Shown here piece after piece: positions 24,917 to 38,028 of a DNA stretch of 64,000 bases; positions within the stretch are counted from its first letter, which is position 1, and each line of letters starts with the position of its first letter. Source of the stretch: Camelus dromedarius (lineage: Eukaryota). Location: assembly GCF_036321535.1 (NCBI RefSeq), contig NC_087437.1, positions 89,344,001-89,408,000 of the forward strand, in the 5' to 3' direction. The notes beneath the pieces were generated by a model. It worked only from the letters and a program-made list of their open reading frames with translations. It was not told the origin of the DNA and did not search any database. Position numbers and translations under genes: made by a program.

Positions 24917-26228
24917 ATCTCAGACACTGTGGCTTAAGGAGTATCAGTTATGTAGTTCTCCTGGAGACGGTCTGCTCTTAATGATTTTATCGAGAGGTCT
25001 TTGTGTCTTCACCCTGTTTCATGAACTCAGCTTGCTGTTTCCAGAGGCCCTCTGTTGGCACCTTCATCTGTGCTGCTCCCAGTGGCTGGCTGTAGGCTAG
25101 CAGATCGCACCCCCTCCCAACACTGGGTCAGGTGCTGAGCTCTTTCCCCGTGGGTGGGCAGGGGTGGCGTTGCTCCCCCTCCAAATGCCGCAGTCAGATG
25201 CTGTGCTTAGGCGAGGCAGGTGGGTGGATTGCACCCCCTCCCAGCACCGTGGTTAGGTGCTGCGTTCCTGCCAGGAAGGCGGTTGGCCGCCCACCCTTTC
25301 CTGGCACTGGTTGCTCTGCTGCTCTGTGCAGCTACCTGCTCTGCCTTGGGTCGGTGCTCTGAAGGCGGGCTCTTGGAAGACCATGGAACGGCCCTGCCCC
25401 TGCTCTGTGCCAAATCTCAGCTCCTTGTTTGTCTTGGCAGCACAAGTTCTCTGAGGTGCCAGGGCAGAAAGATCCTATCTGCCTTGGGCTGTAAATAAAT
25501 CTCAGTCCTGCCCAGGAGATTGCAGAGCCCCCGGGCGCAGATTTAGGTCTCGGCCCCAACTGCGCACAGGAGGAGATGGCGGCGTTGGCTGTGCCATGCC
25601 TCTCTTCTCGTGAGAAGCGCCAGTAATGGCAGCACAGGTCTGAGGAGACAAAGGCTACGGAGCCCCTCCCCACAGGGCACACAAGCTGTGTTGCTTTGCT
25701 TTTTTCACAATTTATGGGGGACTGAGGTTGTTCTGCTCCGTATCCCCTCCCAACCATGGCGTGCAGCCCTCTGCAGTCCCCCCAGGGCTGCCTCAGTGCA
25801 GCCGCCCCAGTCTTCCACCCGGCTTGAGCAGCCTGTCTTGGCCCCAGCTGCCAGCTCACGTCTCAGGCTGGGTGTTGTGGGGACCCTTTGTGCCCATTTA
25901 ACTCAGTTCTGTCGGTCAAGGGGTGCTCGGGGCAGATCTGAGCCTTGGAGGCTCCCTCTCCGTCCCATTGGCCTCTCCGTTGGAGGGGGGGAGACCCTTT
26001 GCCGCTCCCTCCCTACAGGATCGGTCCCGCACTGTTTTGCTTTTTCTTCTTTCTTTTTTCCTTTTCTCCTACCAGCTTTTTGGCGTCTTTGTCTTTTGAA
26101 GAGGGTGATGTTCTGTGGGAGTTCAGCACGTGCTCTGCTTGGCTGAGTAGGTCGATAGATGTGAGTTTTGGTGTATTTGTGGGAGAAGGTGAGCTACAAG
26201 CATCCTTCTACTCCGCCATTTTGCTTCT
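24917..26228 (-). promoter_or_regulatory. L1 5'UTR internal Pol II promoter, CpG-rich, with ~60-bp tandem subrepeats
   Basis: GC/CpG-rich against an AT-rich background. The 5' end reads agaagcaaaatggcggag (YY1-like ATGGCG). Three to four imperfect units gcaccccctccc...caggtgctg at ~25105-25315. Confidence 0.75.
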
Positions 26229-29200
26229 CTGGTATTTTTTTTCTTGAAAGATTTTAAATTACTGATCCAAAATCCTTAATAGTAATTAATCTGTTCACAT
26301 TTTCTGTATCTTCCTGATCAGTCTTGGTAGGTTGTACATTTCTAAGAACTTTTCCATTTCTTCTAGGTTGTCCCAATTGTTTGCATATACTTATTCATAG
26401 CAGAATATTATAATCCTTGGTATTTCTGTGGTGACAGTTGTAATATCTCCTTTTTCATATCTAATTTTGTTGATTTTGGTCCTCTTCCTTTTTTAACGTG
26501 ATTAATCTAACTAAAGGCTTGTAAATCTTGTTTATCTTTTCAAAGAACCAAGTGTTAGTTTCATTAATCTTTTCTATTGTCTTCCTGCTCTCTATTTTAT
26601 TTATTTCTGCTCCAATGTTTATTATTTTCTTCTGTCAGCTAACTTTGGGCTTAGTGTTCTTCTTCTAGTTTCTTGAGACTAGAAATTACAGTTAGGTTGT
26701 TTATTTGAAATCTTTCTTTTTCCTTAATGTAGCTTTTTTCGTTATGAACTTCCCTTTTAGAACAGTATTTGCTTCATCCCATAAGTTTTGGTATGTTGTG
26801 TTTCTGTGTGTGTTTGTCCCAAAATAAGTTTTTATTTTGCCTTTAATTTCAACTTTGATCTATTGGTTGTTTGCTAGGGTGTTAATTTTCATATATTCAT
26901 GAGTTTTCCTCCTGTTATTTAGTTTCATACCATTGTAGTCAGAGAAGATACTTGGTATGATTTCAGTCTTCTTGAATTTGATAAGACTTGTTTTGTGGCC
27001 TAACATATGGTTTATCTTAGAAAATATTTCAGTTTAGATTTCTGAATGTCCACCAGTGATGTTCTCAAGCAGGCAGGCACACTAATAGGGCTTCATTTTG
27101 TGTGAGGCCACTGCCCAAGCTCTGAGGTATGCATCAGAAGATTGTGTATTCTGCTGCTATCAGGTAGAATACTTTATGTATGTTCGTTAGGTCCATTTGT
27201 TTTATAATGTTGTTCAAATCTGCAATTATTTATTCTCCATCTGAATGATCTATCCATTGTTGAGAGTGGGGTATTAAAGTCCCCAACTATTACTATATTG
27301 CTGTTTATTTCTACTTTTTGCTCTGTTAAGTTTCACCTTTTTAGGTGTTACAGTGTTGGATGCATAAATATTTATAATTGTTTTATCTTAATGGCTTAAC
27401 CCATCTATCATTATGTAATTACCTTCTTTTCCATGTTTTACTGTTTTTTAGTTTAAAGTCTATTTTGACTGATATAAGTATAGCTACAGCCCTTCCCCTT
27501 TTTCAGTTACCATTTGCTTGAAATACCTTTTCCAACCCGATATTTTCAGTCTGTGTGTCTTCAAGGTTAAAGGGAGTCTTTTGTATGTAGCATATTGTTG
27601 GGTTTTGTTTTTTCATCCATTTAGCTATTCTATTTCTTTTGATTGGAGAATTTAACCTACTTACATTTATAGTAATTACTGAAAGGTAAGGGCTTACTAT
27701 TGCCATTTTGTTCATTGTTTCTGGCTGTTCTGTAGATCCATTGTTCATCCTTTCTTAGTCTTTTTTTTTTTTTTTTTTTAATGAATTTTGGTACTAGTGT
27801 GCTTTGACTTGTTTAGCATGTTTGTATACAACAACTTAGCTTCCATGGAATTTCTAAACTTATCACTTTTTCTTCTCCTCACCCTCACATTTTAGGTTAT
27901 TGTTGTTACAGTTTACATATTTTTTAATATTGTGTATACACTAACAGATTACTGAAGTTAATGTTCTTTTTTTTAACTTTTGTTTTTTAACTTAAAACTA
28001 CAGTTGTAAATGAATTACATACAGCCATTACCATATTACAAAAATCTAACTTTGACTTTATATTTAACATCACCAATGAGTTTTATACTACCTTCTGTTT
28101 TTATATTATCTAGCACCCTCATGCTTCCATTAAAATAAACCCCCTTTAGAATTTTTGATAGGGAAGGCTAGTGGTAATAAACTCCCTCAATTTTTACTTG
28201 TTTGAAAAACATTTTATTTCTCCTTCACTTTTGAAGAACAGTTTTGCAAGGTATAGAAGTCTTGATTGACCGTTTTTTATTTTTCTTTCAATATATCATT
28301 CCATTCTCTTCTGGCCTGAAAGTTTCTGTTGAGAAATCTACCTAAAGTCTTATTGGGGTTCTCTTGTAAGCAACTTCTCTATTTTCTCTTGCTGATTCTA
28401 AAGTTCTTTGTTTGTCTTTGATGCTCAGCAATTTTATGTGTTTTGGTGTAGCTCTATTCAGGTTCAACCTATCTGAGATACTTTGGGCCTCATGAATCTG
28501 GATGTCCATTTTTCTTTCCACATTTGGAATGTTTTCAGTCATTATTGCTTTAAATATACTGTCTGTCTTTTTTGCTTTCTCTTCTCCTTCTGGAACTTCC
28601 ACAATACAGATATTTTTTCCTTTGCTTCCTTTAAGTCTCATAGGCTTTCTTCACTCTTTTACATTCTTTTTTTCCTCCACTGACTGGATAATTTCAAATG
28701 TGTTGTCTTCTAGGTCATGAATTCTTCTACATGGTGAAATCTGCTTTTGAAGCTCTGTATTGAATTTTTCAGTTCAGTCATTGTATATTTTAGCTCTAGG
28801 ATTTCTATTTTATGGTGGTTTCTATTTCTTTGAACTTCCTGTTTTGTTCATGCGTTGTTTTCTTTTTTTCACTGAGTTATCTATGTGTTCTTGCACTTCA
28901 CTAAAGTTCTTTAAGAAAATTCAGAATTCTTTGTCCAACAGTCCATAAGTCATTATTTCTTTAGAGTTTGGTTTGGGTTTCTGAATGGGTCCACTGGTGA
29001 TGTTCTTGAGCAGGTGTGCTCACTATTAGGGCCTATTTTGTGGTGAGGTCACTGCCCCGTGCTCAGAGGTGGGAGGGTGTTCTACTGGCTGAGAATAGTT
29101 GGATAGGACTGCTGATTTGGTTTCCCACCCAAGCAAGGCTGTAGGATGGGCTCCATGGTTGCCTGGACTCTCTGGTCAAGCTAACTAGGTGGTCAGACTG

Positions 29201-31524
29201 AGTACTATGCTCATTAGTAGGTGAAGCTACAAATCAGCTTCCCTGCCTTGGCAGGTCAGCAGAGCAGTCCCTAGGGCCTACACTGCTCACTGTTAAGGGA
29301 TTCAAATCAGGCAAGACTATGCAGTGAATCCCCTAACCAGATGGAGCCTTTGGTTTTCCTCTGCAGACAGGGAGGGCCATGAGTTGTGCTCTCTATCTCA
29401 GAGCCACTGTAAGCAGGGCTGCTGGATGAGCAATGCAGTTTCCCATGTGCTCTGGTTAGCTTTCCTGGTAGGGCGGGCTGAGTGCTGTCTTCAGCAATGG
29501 GCTGGGTTGAAACTAAGTTTCCCTGCACAGGCGAAGATCTCATCCCTCTCCCTGCACAGCCATCTCCAAAGTTGACAAGGCTCTGTGGTCTTAACTGTGA
29601 ACCAGTGCCCCAAGTTCACTGGCTGAACAGTGAACTAGCTTTGCTCTGTGGACAGTCATCTCTGCCTGTGGTATTTTCTGCTCAAGTGATGTGGGGCCAT
29701 CTTTCAGGTATTCTGGCCAGCCTTTCTAGTGGAGTGGAACCAGGAACTACATTCAGCAGTGGGCATAGCTCTGACTCAGCTCCCTTGCCTTGGCAGGAGC
29801 AGACAAGGCTTTACAGTCAGCAAAGCTCTTCACTTAAGAACACAGATTTCACCCTGCTGAGTTCCCTGGTCAGACTGCATCACTGTTTTGACTCTACAGA
29901 TGAGCAGAGTCACTGGTTGGGATTACTACTTGGGTGCTGCAGGTAGGAACTTGGTCTGCCAAGATCCATTACTTGGTCTGCCAAGACTCTCCCCACTTTT
30001 TTTGGTCATAATTCAATTCCCAGTGGTCAAGCCCTGCAGATTCCCCCATGATTTTCATGAGGTGAGACTGGAGTGGCCACTCCCAAGAAGTGACTCACAG
30101 TGCTAAGGGAGCTGGATGCCTACACTGAGCTTTCTTTCCACACTGGTGTGGTGTGCACACCTAAAAAAGGTGCAATGCAGTCAGTGAATAACCACTCCTT
30201 TTACCCTTCTAATGCTGTCTGTCTTGGTCTCTGTGATGAAGAGGGGAGGAGAGAGGGTGCTTCAGGCTCATTCCCATTTCAAGGATTTCCTCAGTGGTGT
30301 CTTATCCATGAACTGTATGTAGTTGTGTTTCTTGTGAGAGGGAGCATGTCAGGAATGATCTATGTTACTATGTTGGTGACATCACTCTCATAAATTTAGA
30401 ATGAATGTTTTTCAGATAGGATTTTGGCTTTGCTACATAATCAAATATAGAATGTGTTGTATTTTCTCCTTTTTAATTAATCCTGTCTCTATAAATATAT
30501 ACTAAAAGAACTTGTAAATCAATGCTTGAGAACTTGCTTGTTCTGTTCAGCTATATGTTCCATGGGTTACAGGAAATTAATTTTCACTCTTCTTTTCAAC
30601 AACTTTTATTTAGTGTCTAGCATGTGGCCTAGTACTTGGTATTAAGCATGTAGTACTAGATAACATGCAATGACTGTCATGGGAATTATAGTTTACACAT
30701 TTAATAAGCACTCCCACCTCATATTAAGGATTAGAAAGCTAACAAAAGAACACATGAATGTTTGTAAATTTTAATGGGTTCCATGAATACAGCAAAAACT
30801 CTTGGGAAAGAGTAAATTGAGTGGCAGGAGTCAAAACTTTTGAAGAAAATTTGTATAACTGTTCTAGGTGAAATTGAGGTTAGAATGGGGAATTTATCCC
30901 TGTTGAAGGAAATAAACCATTGATGCAATTACCTGTGGTGGAAAAGGACTTGTTACCTTCAAGAAAGTTTTAAAAATCTAGGATGGTTATAGGACACAAT
31001 TTCATGCCCACACAGTGACATGAAAAAAGCAGCCAGTGGCTAGAATCTTATGGATTGTGCTAGTGGGTTTGGGAAGCAATCAAAGAGTAGAAAGTAAAAA
31101 AATAAAACAAAACAAAATAAAAACATAATGTAACCTACTTTCTATATGATTACTAAAACTGTTGTTAAATCATGGAGTAGAATCCATACATCTTAGAAAT
31201 AGTACCTTAATTGGAATTTTTAAAATCCCAGATATCAACAAATAGCATAATATTATAATGATGGAAACTGGAGTAAAGGCATGATTAAACAAAGTATTTT
31301 TAGGGATATACAACACATGTAGAAAATTACTTTGAAAATCAAAGCAAATTAAGGATATATTCATATTAAGGATATTGGTTAACCTCCCAGAAGGCAGGAT
31401 GTAGGATAAAAACAACAGTTTTGGTAACATTCTAGTGCTTAATTTTGCTATCAGTGTTTATTACATTGATTTTTCCATTTCTAAATTACTATTAGATTTT
31501 TTAATATATCAAACATTATTTTTA

Positions 31525-32600
31525 GAATAGAGGCTAAGAAATGAGATAGGAGGCCTATTAACTTGGTCTTTACTAGATGGAGTAGGTGGGTAAGGGGATA
31601 GCTCCTAGGTATGTAGCTCTATCAGCAGGAGGAAGGGTATTGTGTGTTCCTGAGATGAAGATTAAAAGAGGTCTGGGAAAGACAAAATATTTAACTTTGA
31701 ACATTCTGAACTTGAGATTCTAGAGAGACATCTTAGAGGAGAGGTGAAGCAGGCAGCGGGGCTTATAAAGCCTTCACTCAGGAAGGGTCTGAAGATGCAC
31801 ATTTGGAAGCCATCAGTTTATAAAATGCATCTGAGGTCATAGGAATAGATGTAAGAGGGAGAGAGCAAGAAAAGGAGAGAAAAAGATGGAGAAAAGAGCT
31901 CCCACTTGAGAAAATCTCTGAGGAGCTGAATTTCAAAAAGGAGAGTAAAGAGGTGATCTTAAATGTAGGGAGGATTATCAAGAGAGCATTGTTTCAAGTA
32001 TTCAAAGGGAGAATATTAAGAAGATCGGTGGTTACCTTTGTTGAATGCTTTTGATAAATCTAATAATATGATGAAAGAAATGTTTCTACTTAAATTTGCA
32101 ATACTGAAATAAAGACTTTAATATGAGTAGCTATTTTTGCTACAAAGGGAACAGATTCAGATTGGTGTGGGTTGAAGAATAAATGGAATGTAAGAATACA
32201 GCAGCTGAGCTGTGAAAGGGTCTGGAGAGGACAGTAACTGGAATTATTTTGTTTTTATCATAGTTTCTACTGTCTTAAGATCAGAGATTCTAAATACGTA
32301 ATGATAATGGAAACCTCAAATAATAGAATAGACTGATAATGCCAATGAGAGATGGTCAATGATGGTAGTTCCTGGGAAGCTAATAGGGGATGAGATACAA
32401 GTATTACTGACCTTTGAAAGAAAGAGAAAAAAGTTTATCCAAAAAAAAAAGAATTAGGATTTATGTGAATACGACTAAATTTGTAGAATTGGAAGCAAAA
32501 TTTATCATTTTGGGGATATTCTCTTTTCAGTGAAGTAAAAGGTAAAATTCGCTGAGAGTAAGGGAGGACATGGAGTACAGAAGCTTTGAATCAGTAGGTA
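31525..32600 (-). mobile_element. L2 fragments
   Basis: tttaactttgaacattctgaacttgagattct...agatgcacatttggaagccatcag...gaggtcataggaatagatg are L2 ORF-region motifs. Boundaries are approximate. Confidence 0.55.
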
Positions 32601-34580
32601 AGGCACTGTGGGCCAGAGGGAAGGAGTAAGCTAAATATAGAACATGTAGCATTGCTGCATGACCCGATGGAACTTCAGAGCTTTGTGGTCATTTTCAGTC
32701 ATCTGGCTTCGACTCTTCTCCAGAAACCTCAAATAATAAACCATCACTCATCACACCATAATTAGCTCATCTTCCATCAATTTCTATTAGTATTATCATC
32801 ATTATCCAAGTCACCCAAATACTGAACCCTAGAGACATTGATATCTTTATTTACTGACAACCAGCCAGTTCTCAAGCATAACTGTACCTCAACAATATGC
32901 ATGTCTTTGATCTTTTTCCTTACACAGCTTAGAATCTGATTATTTCTTACCTAGACTAATCTCCCAAATTCCATTTAATCCATTCAGATCCTGTATTTAT
33001 ATTATACTGTCTAAAATGCAGACTGAGTAAATTTCATATATTTATTTAAAAGTCTTTAAAGATTCCCATGGCCTTCTATATTACCTATAACCCCTCAATC
33101 TTATATACCTGGATCTTTGTGATATGATTCAACTCTGTTTTCCAGTCTCGTATTTTTTTCACTATTTATACCCCATGGTTCTGCCAAATAAATGTTATCT
33201 CGTTACCTATCACATCCTACATTTTTATTAAGTCATTTTTCATTAAACTCCATTTTATAACTATAATACTCCTACCTTCTAAGCTAATTTTATTCACCTG
33301 TATTTTAAGCCAGTCTCAAATCCCATCTTCATTATGATAATATTTTCTCATCTATCCAGGCAGCTAAGATCATCTTCTCTTCCCTTCCCCCAGGTTCCTA
33401 TAGTCTTCATTTGTGCTTTGGCTTAAGTGTGGTAATTGTCATATTCTGTTCTGTAGAAGTAGATGGACATGGATTCAAATGTATACTTTTCTAGTTTTTC
33501 AGATTTGATCATGGGTAATAGCTTAAGACTGTGAACCTCAGCTTGTGAAAGAAAAATAGCATAGGTATCATATTACCTTACTCTGAAGATAAAATGAAAC
33601 AATACATAAAAAACAGTAATATATTAGACCTCAATCCTCATTTCCTTTCCATTTATTTTTTAACATTCTATCACCTAGAACAGTACCTTTCACAAAATAT
33701 TCATTCTATTAATATTTGCCAACCTAAATCAAATATGTTAGAAGTTGTCTCTAATAACTGTCCTTAATAATCTTTAAAACGTTAATGCAGAGTTGTATAG
33801 TAAGTCATGCACACCTTACTGGGAATTATTTTCAGGGAATTTTTTTCATAATAACCAACTAAAGTCTAGATAATAAAGTAATACATTTGTGTTTGCTTTT
33901 TTTTTTCATTTGTTTTTGTTTTGTTTTGTTTTGTTTTGTGATAGGAAGTTGGGGCACTATCCACACAAAAATAGACCAAGTTGGAGTGCCACCATGAGAA
34001 TAAAGAAAGGGAATGTAACAAATGAAAGGAAGTTTGGAGAGGAAGGCAAGCAAAGTAAGACAGAATTTTGTCTTAAAACTTTTGCCTTGGGCCAATCCTG
34101 AGGAAAATAAATTTGTAGACGAAAGACTATGGCTCAAGAACTGAAGTTACAGAATAAAACCACCTCTTATTAGGTCCCATTATTTCCCTTAAAGAGATGT
34201 AAGTGACTGAGGTCAGCCCTCTAGGTACTAAAATATGTATATATTGAAAACAGAAAGCCCGTGTACAAGTTGTGATATTTAACTCCTATTTCACAGTTTT
34301 CACAAACATCTGAAATATATTAAAATATTTCCTAACTACCAGTTACAAAATAAAAAGCATTTTTTTTTTGTAAATCACATAGGCATATTTATGTCAGCAG
34401 GAACCTCTTGATGGCAACAAAGCTTTGTAATTCATAGGTGCCTGTTTTAACTCCACACATTTTAGCTTGGTTACCAGAAACGTTTCTAATTCCATATTAA
34501 GTACAAAACTATTTTATAATCAGTTTGTTACCTCAAGGTTGGATTATGGCTTTGAATTTTTGTGAAATTTTAAACAACTC

Positions 34581-34817
34581 ATGCTTCTGATGAAATATGC
34601 ATGCTTAGTGGGAATAATGTTTGCTGCATTTGTTGTTTACCATTTCAGAATATTGCAAAACCACAGAGTTTTAAAACTGCCATGGAAAGTGAAGGCACCT
34701 TGCCAGAGATCCAAAATACTGTACATGTAGGAACAGGAAGAATAACAGCCTCTAAAAACCCAGGGAAAATTCGTGACATGGTAATCTCATAGGGTCAGTA
34801 GATGGTTTCTAAACTCG
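34581..34817 (+). pseudogene. Candidate exon 1 of a decayed BPI/LBP-fold (TULIP) gene: signal peptide plus NPG motif
   Basis: ATG at 34581 reads MLLMKYACLVGIMFAAFVVYH (signal-like). A 1-nt shift leads into QNIAKPQ...ASKNPGKIRDMVIS*GQ*MVSKL, resembling the family start NPGxxxRITxKGLxY. Presumed decayed donor g|acgagt. Confidence 0.45.
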
Positions 34818-35027
34818 ACGAGTTAATGTAGGCAGTATTCAATTTAGGTTCAGGAAGTTTCAAATTTTGAAAATCACACATTAGAATATGGAATAGATTT
34901 TTTTCCCATAAAACATTACACATGGTAGTAAGTTTATGCCCCCCCCCCCCGAGCTTAATGAAGCCACATACTCTCTCTCCATAGAGAGAGGGAGGGAGAT
35001 AGGCAGTCAGGCAGGCAGTCAGACATA

Positions 35028-35306
35028 CAGTTGACCTTTGAACAACACTGGGTTTAAACTGCATGGGTCTGCTTATATGCAGTTTTTCCCCCCCAATAAA
35101 CACACTGTTCCCCTCCATATGGGCAGCTCCACATCCATGGATTCAACCAACCCTGGATCTCAAATTTTATACAACACAGTTGGTAGAATTCTTGGATGCA
35201 GGAACTGCAGATAAGGAGGGCCAACTATGGGACTTGAGCATCCACAGATTTTGATATCCATAGCAGGTCCTGGAACCAATTCCCTTCTGATACCGAGGAA
35301 TGACTG
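35028..35306 (-). mobile_element. TcMar-Tigger MITE (MER2B-like)
   Basis: Left end ta|cagttgacctttgaacaacac. Right end ggtcctggaaccaattcccttctgataccgaggaatgactg|ca. Confidence 0.8.
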
Positions 35307-36573
35307 CATGTGCGCGCGCACAAACACGTATATATAATACCTACTATTTTACATATATATGATCATTATATATAATATACCTTCTATTATTAAATATTAT
35401 ATACAATATATTATATTGGTATAATTATTATAGGAAATTATAGCTCCCTCTATCTTTTTACTTCACACATCTATGTCTAGGATCAGCTGCATTTTGTTGT
35501 TCAGAATTCCTGCCATATTTCCTATTTTTGATTAGGGGAGTAGTTAAGTCCTTGACACTGAGCCTAGATGCCAACTAAATTTGGCATTTAACATACATGG
35601 AAATCTTTGCATGCCCAGCTTTTTATATTCAGTTATATAGCTAACATATATTGATATTCTTGAAAGGGTACACCAGCTTAAGGAAGGACAAACAGAAGAA
35701 ACATATTAATTTCTCTATTAGAACTTCATTAAGACAATGAAGAAAATAATAATGATGTCTGTCCATGAACCTGATCGTTAGGTCTCTAGTATTCAGTGTA
35801 GTCTATTGGTCTTTCCTCAGGAAGGAGTGGGAAGGAGGCTTCTGTGAATTTGTGCATTTCCAAAATGTTGCCCTCTTCTTGATTACCTTAATCTTTACTT
35901 CCTCACTTAGCATCTTATTTACTAAATCTTCAATTACCCCAAGATGCACCCTCAGGGTTCAGATTAATTTTCTTTCTTCACATTCATTATGGTGGAATTG
36001 TCTTCATTTTAAGTAGCTCCCACTACTTAAGTGGTTCCCACATTATGCAGCAAACAGACACACAGGCTTCTAGATGATCACATTTAATGCCAAAGTTTTA
36101 TGAAAGCTTTGACTTTCCATGTTGTAATCTTACACTTATGGTGTTACCTCCCAGTTTTATACCCTCTACTCCAGCTAAGCATATGTTTTCACTCTTTACT
36201 ATTTGAGCACAATTACTTAGTTTTCCCTATATTCCCTGTGTCATAATTTCTACAAAGGTAGGGACTGTGTGCTACTTATCTTTGAGTCTCCAGTGTTTGA
36301 CACCATATCTGGCACCAAGTGACTGTTTAAAGAATAAACATGTGTAAGGAAATATTTTTAAAAACAAAGTATTTATACCATAAATTAGTAAGCAAACTCA
36401 AGGTCAGAAGTATTCTTATGGTAAAAATCTGTGTTCTGTGTTTCTGAGGAATTTGGAGTTTGAGTGAAATCAGTAAGAAAAGCCAATAAGAAATTGTATA
36501 ATTTAAAAATATTTAAAATTGCTATCCTGGAGTTGCATGTGGTTTAAAAAAAAAAAAACTGATGAGACTATCC

Positions 36574-36946
36574 CTATTCAGCCATAAAAAAAGAATGAGA
36601 TTATGCCATTTGCAGCAACGTGGATAGACCTAAAAATGATCATATTAAGTGAAGTAAGACAGAGAAAGGTAAATATCTTATGATATCACTTATATGTGGA
36701 AGCTAAAAAAAATTATATAAATTGACTTATTTAAAAACCAGAAATAGGTTTACATAGAAAACAAACTGTAGTTACCAAAGGGGAAAAGCATGGGAGGGAT
36801 AAATTAGGCATTTGGGATTTACATATACACACTACTGTATATAAAATAATAACAGGGACCTACCGTATAGCACAGGGAACTATATTCAATATCTTGTAAT
36901 GACTTATAATGGAAAAGAATCTGAAAACTAAAATATATATGAGTGA

Positions 36947-36990
<44 letters not shown>

Positions 36991-37060
36991 TATCTGAACT
37001 TTGCTGTACACCTAGAATTAACACATTAAGTCAACTATACTTCAGTTAAAAGAAAAAAAG
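36574..37060 (+). mobile_element. 5'-truncated L1 3' end
   Basis: tattcagccataaaaaaagaatg...atgccatttgcagcaacgtggatagacc (ORF2 tail), then the 3'UTR, ending caactatacttcagttaaaagaaaaaaa. Contains (TA)n at ~36955-36990. Confidence 0.9.
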
Positions 37061-37921
37061 ACTTCCATTATGGTCCTTAAAAAGTGAAAAGTAGAATTGA
37101 AATCACAAGTGATAAAAATGCTACATAGCCCATGTAGATATAATAGGCACAATTCACTTCCTTGCTCAAGTATGCTTACATGACCAGATTTTGCTCCAAT
37201 ACTTTTCTTAATAGGCCTACTGTTAACCTATTTAGGGATCAGAGAATAGGCAATGGGAATGAATAGCGAGTCTTCATCTTTGTACTACTGCCCAAAAGAC
37301 CTTAATCAACAACTATTGATTTTAAGTCTAGAGGGAGGTCAGCCACAGTCATGTACATTAGTATTTATTAAAAGTGGTAGGTGAGATATAATAAAAATTA
37401 GATTTTCTATTTATCTGCATTTAGATGGCAAGGAAATTAGGCTGTAACAGCACCAATAATTGATTTCAGTTATTTTCTTTACTTTAGCTTGGCAGGCTTC
37501 AGGTGCTGACTTGTGAGTGAATTCAGAGGTGATGTTTACACAAATCAGACCTGAGAACAGAGGGTTCCAGTACTTTTATCACAAATTCAGAGTTAAGGGA
37601 CAGTTACTTACACAGCAATAGCAATGCAACCTTAAATTCTCTGTAATCTGTGGGGTTTTTTTCCCTTCTTCTTCCATAGGGGATATTGAACTTACAGAAG
37701 ACGAGTAAGGGTGATAAAAGGGAACTTGGTATGACCCCACACATTTTGGAATCTTACATAACTTAAAGATGGAGAAGTCAGCTGAGAGTAATCCATTCAA
37801 AGTCAACAAAGGCTGATTTTATATACTGAATTGGATGTTTTCAAAATGATATAAAGGGAGGAAAGAAGAAAAAAAGAATGAAATATTTTATTTTTTTAAC
37901 ATTTTATTTTTTATATTTCAG

Positions 37922-38028
37922 TTATTCTCTCCTACATTTTTAATATCTCAATATTGATGGACTTGGTTATTGCTGGGAGAGGGAGGTAGAAGGTATAATG
38001 CAAATGATGGTATGGAGAAAACTACAAG
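37922..38028 (+). pseudogene. Candidate exon 2 of decayed BPI/LBP-fold gene
   Basis: Long polypyrimidine acceptor ttttattttttatatttcag| and donor aag|gtatca. Translates as (V)ILSYIFNISILMDLVIAGRGR*KV*CK*WYGENYK, loosely like the LxxIxLPDxSG...GxxxY segment. Confidence 0.38.

Larger units (their letters stand above)
23177..26228 (-). mobile_element. Nested young L1 derivative lacking almost all of ORF2 (HAL1-like)
   Basis: Poly(T) on + at ~23175-23195. TSD ctggtattttctttctt (23160-23176) / ctggtattttttttctt (26229-26245), 16/17 match. CpG-rich 5'UTR 24917-26228, ORF1 24019-24916, ~140 bp spacer, then directly the last ~370 nt of ORF2 and the 3'UTR. Confidence 0.88.
20365..30389 (-). mobile_element. 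Full-span decayed LINE-1 (copy B), host to a nested younger L1 derivative
   Basis: 3'UTR at ~20365. ORF2 remnants include [13 protein letters not shown]...MQGWFNI (22790-22975) and YLSVITINVSRLNSPIKR (27503-27748). ORF1 remnant IVEVPEGEEK...YKRTPIRL (28342-28641). 5'UTR ~28970-30389 starting gagagtgatgtcacc. Weak TSD atacattta/ataaattta. Confidence 0.9.

Noticed and set aside
25332..26146. Long ORFs (175 aa minus, 178 aa plus) in the nested L1 5'UTR as possible ORF0-like proteins
   Set aside because: GC-rich sequence is stop-poor, several overlapping frames are open on both strands, and no motif is recognisable.
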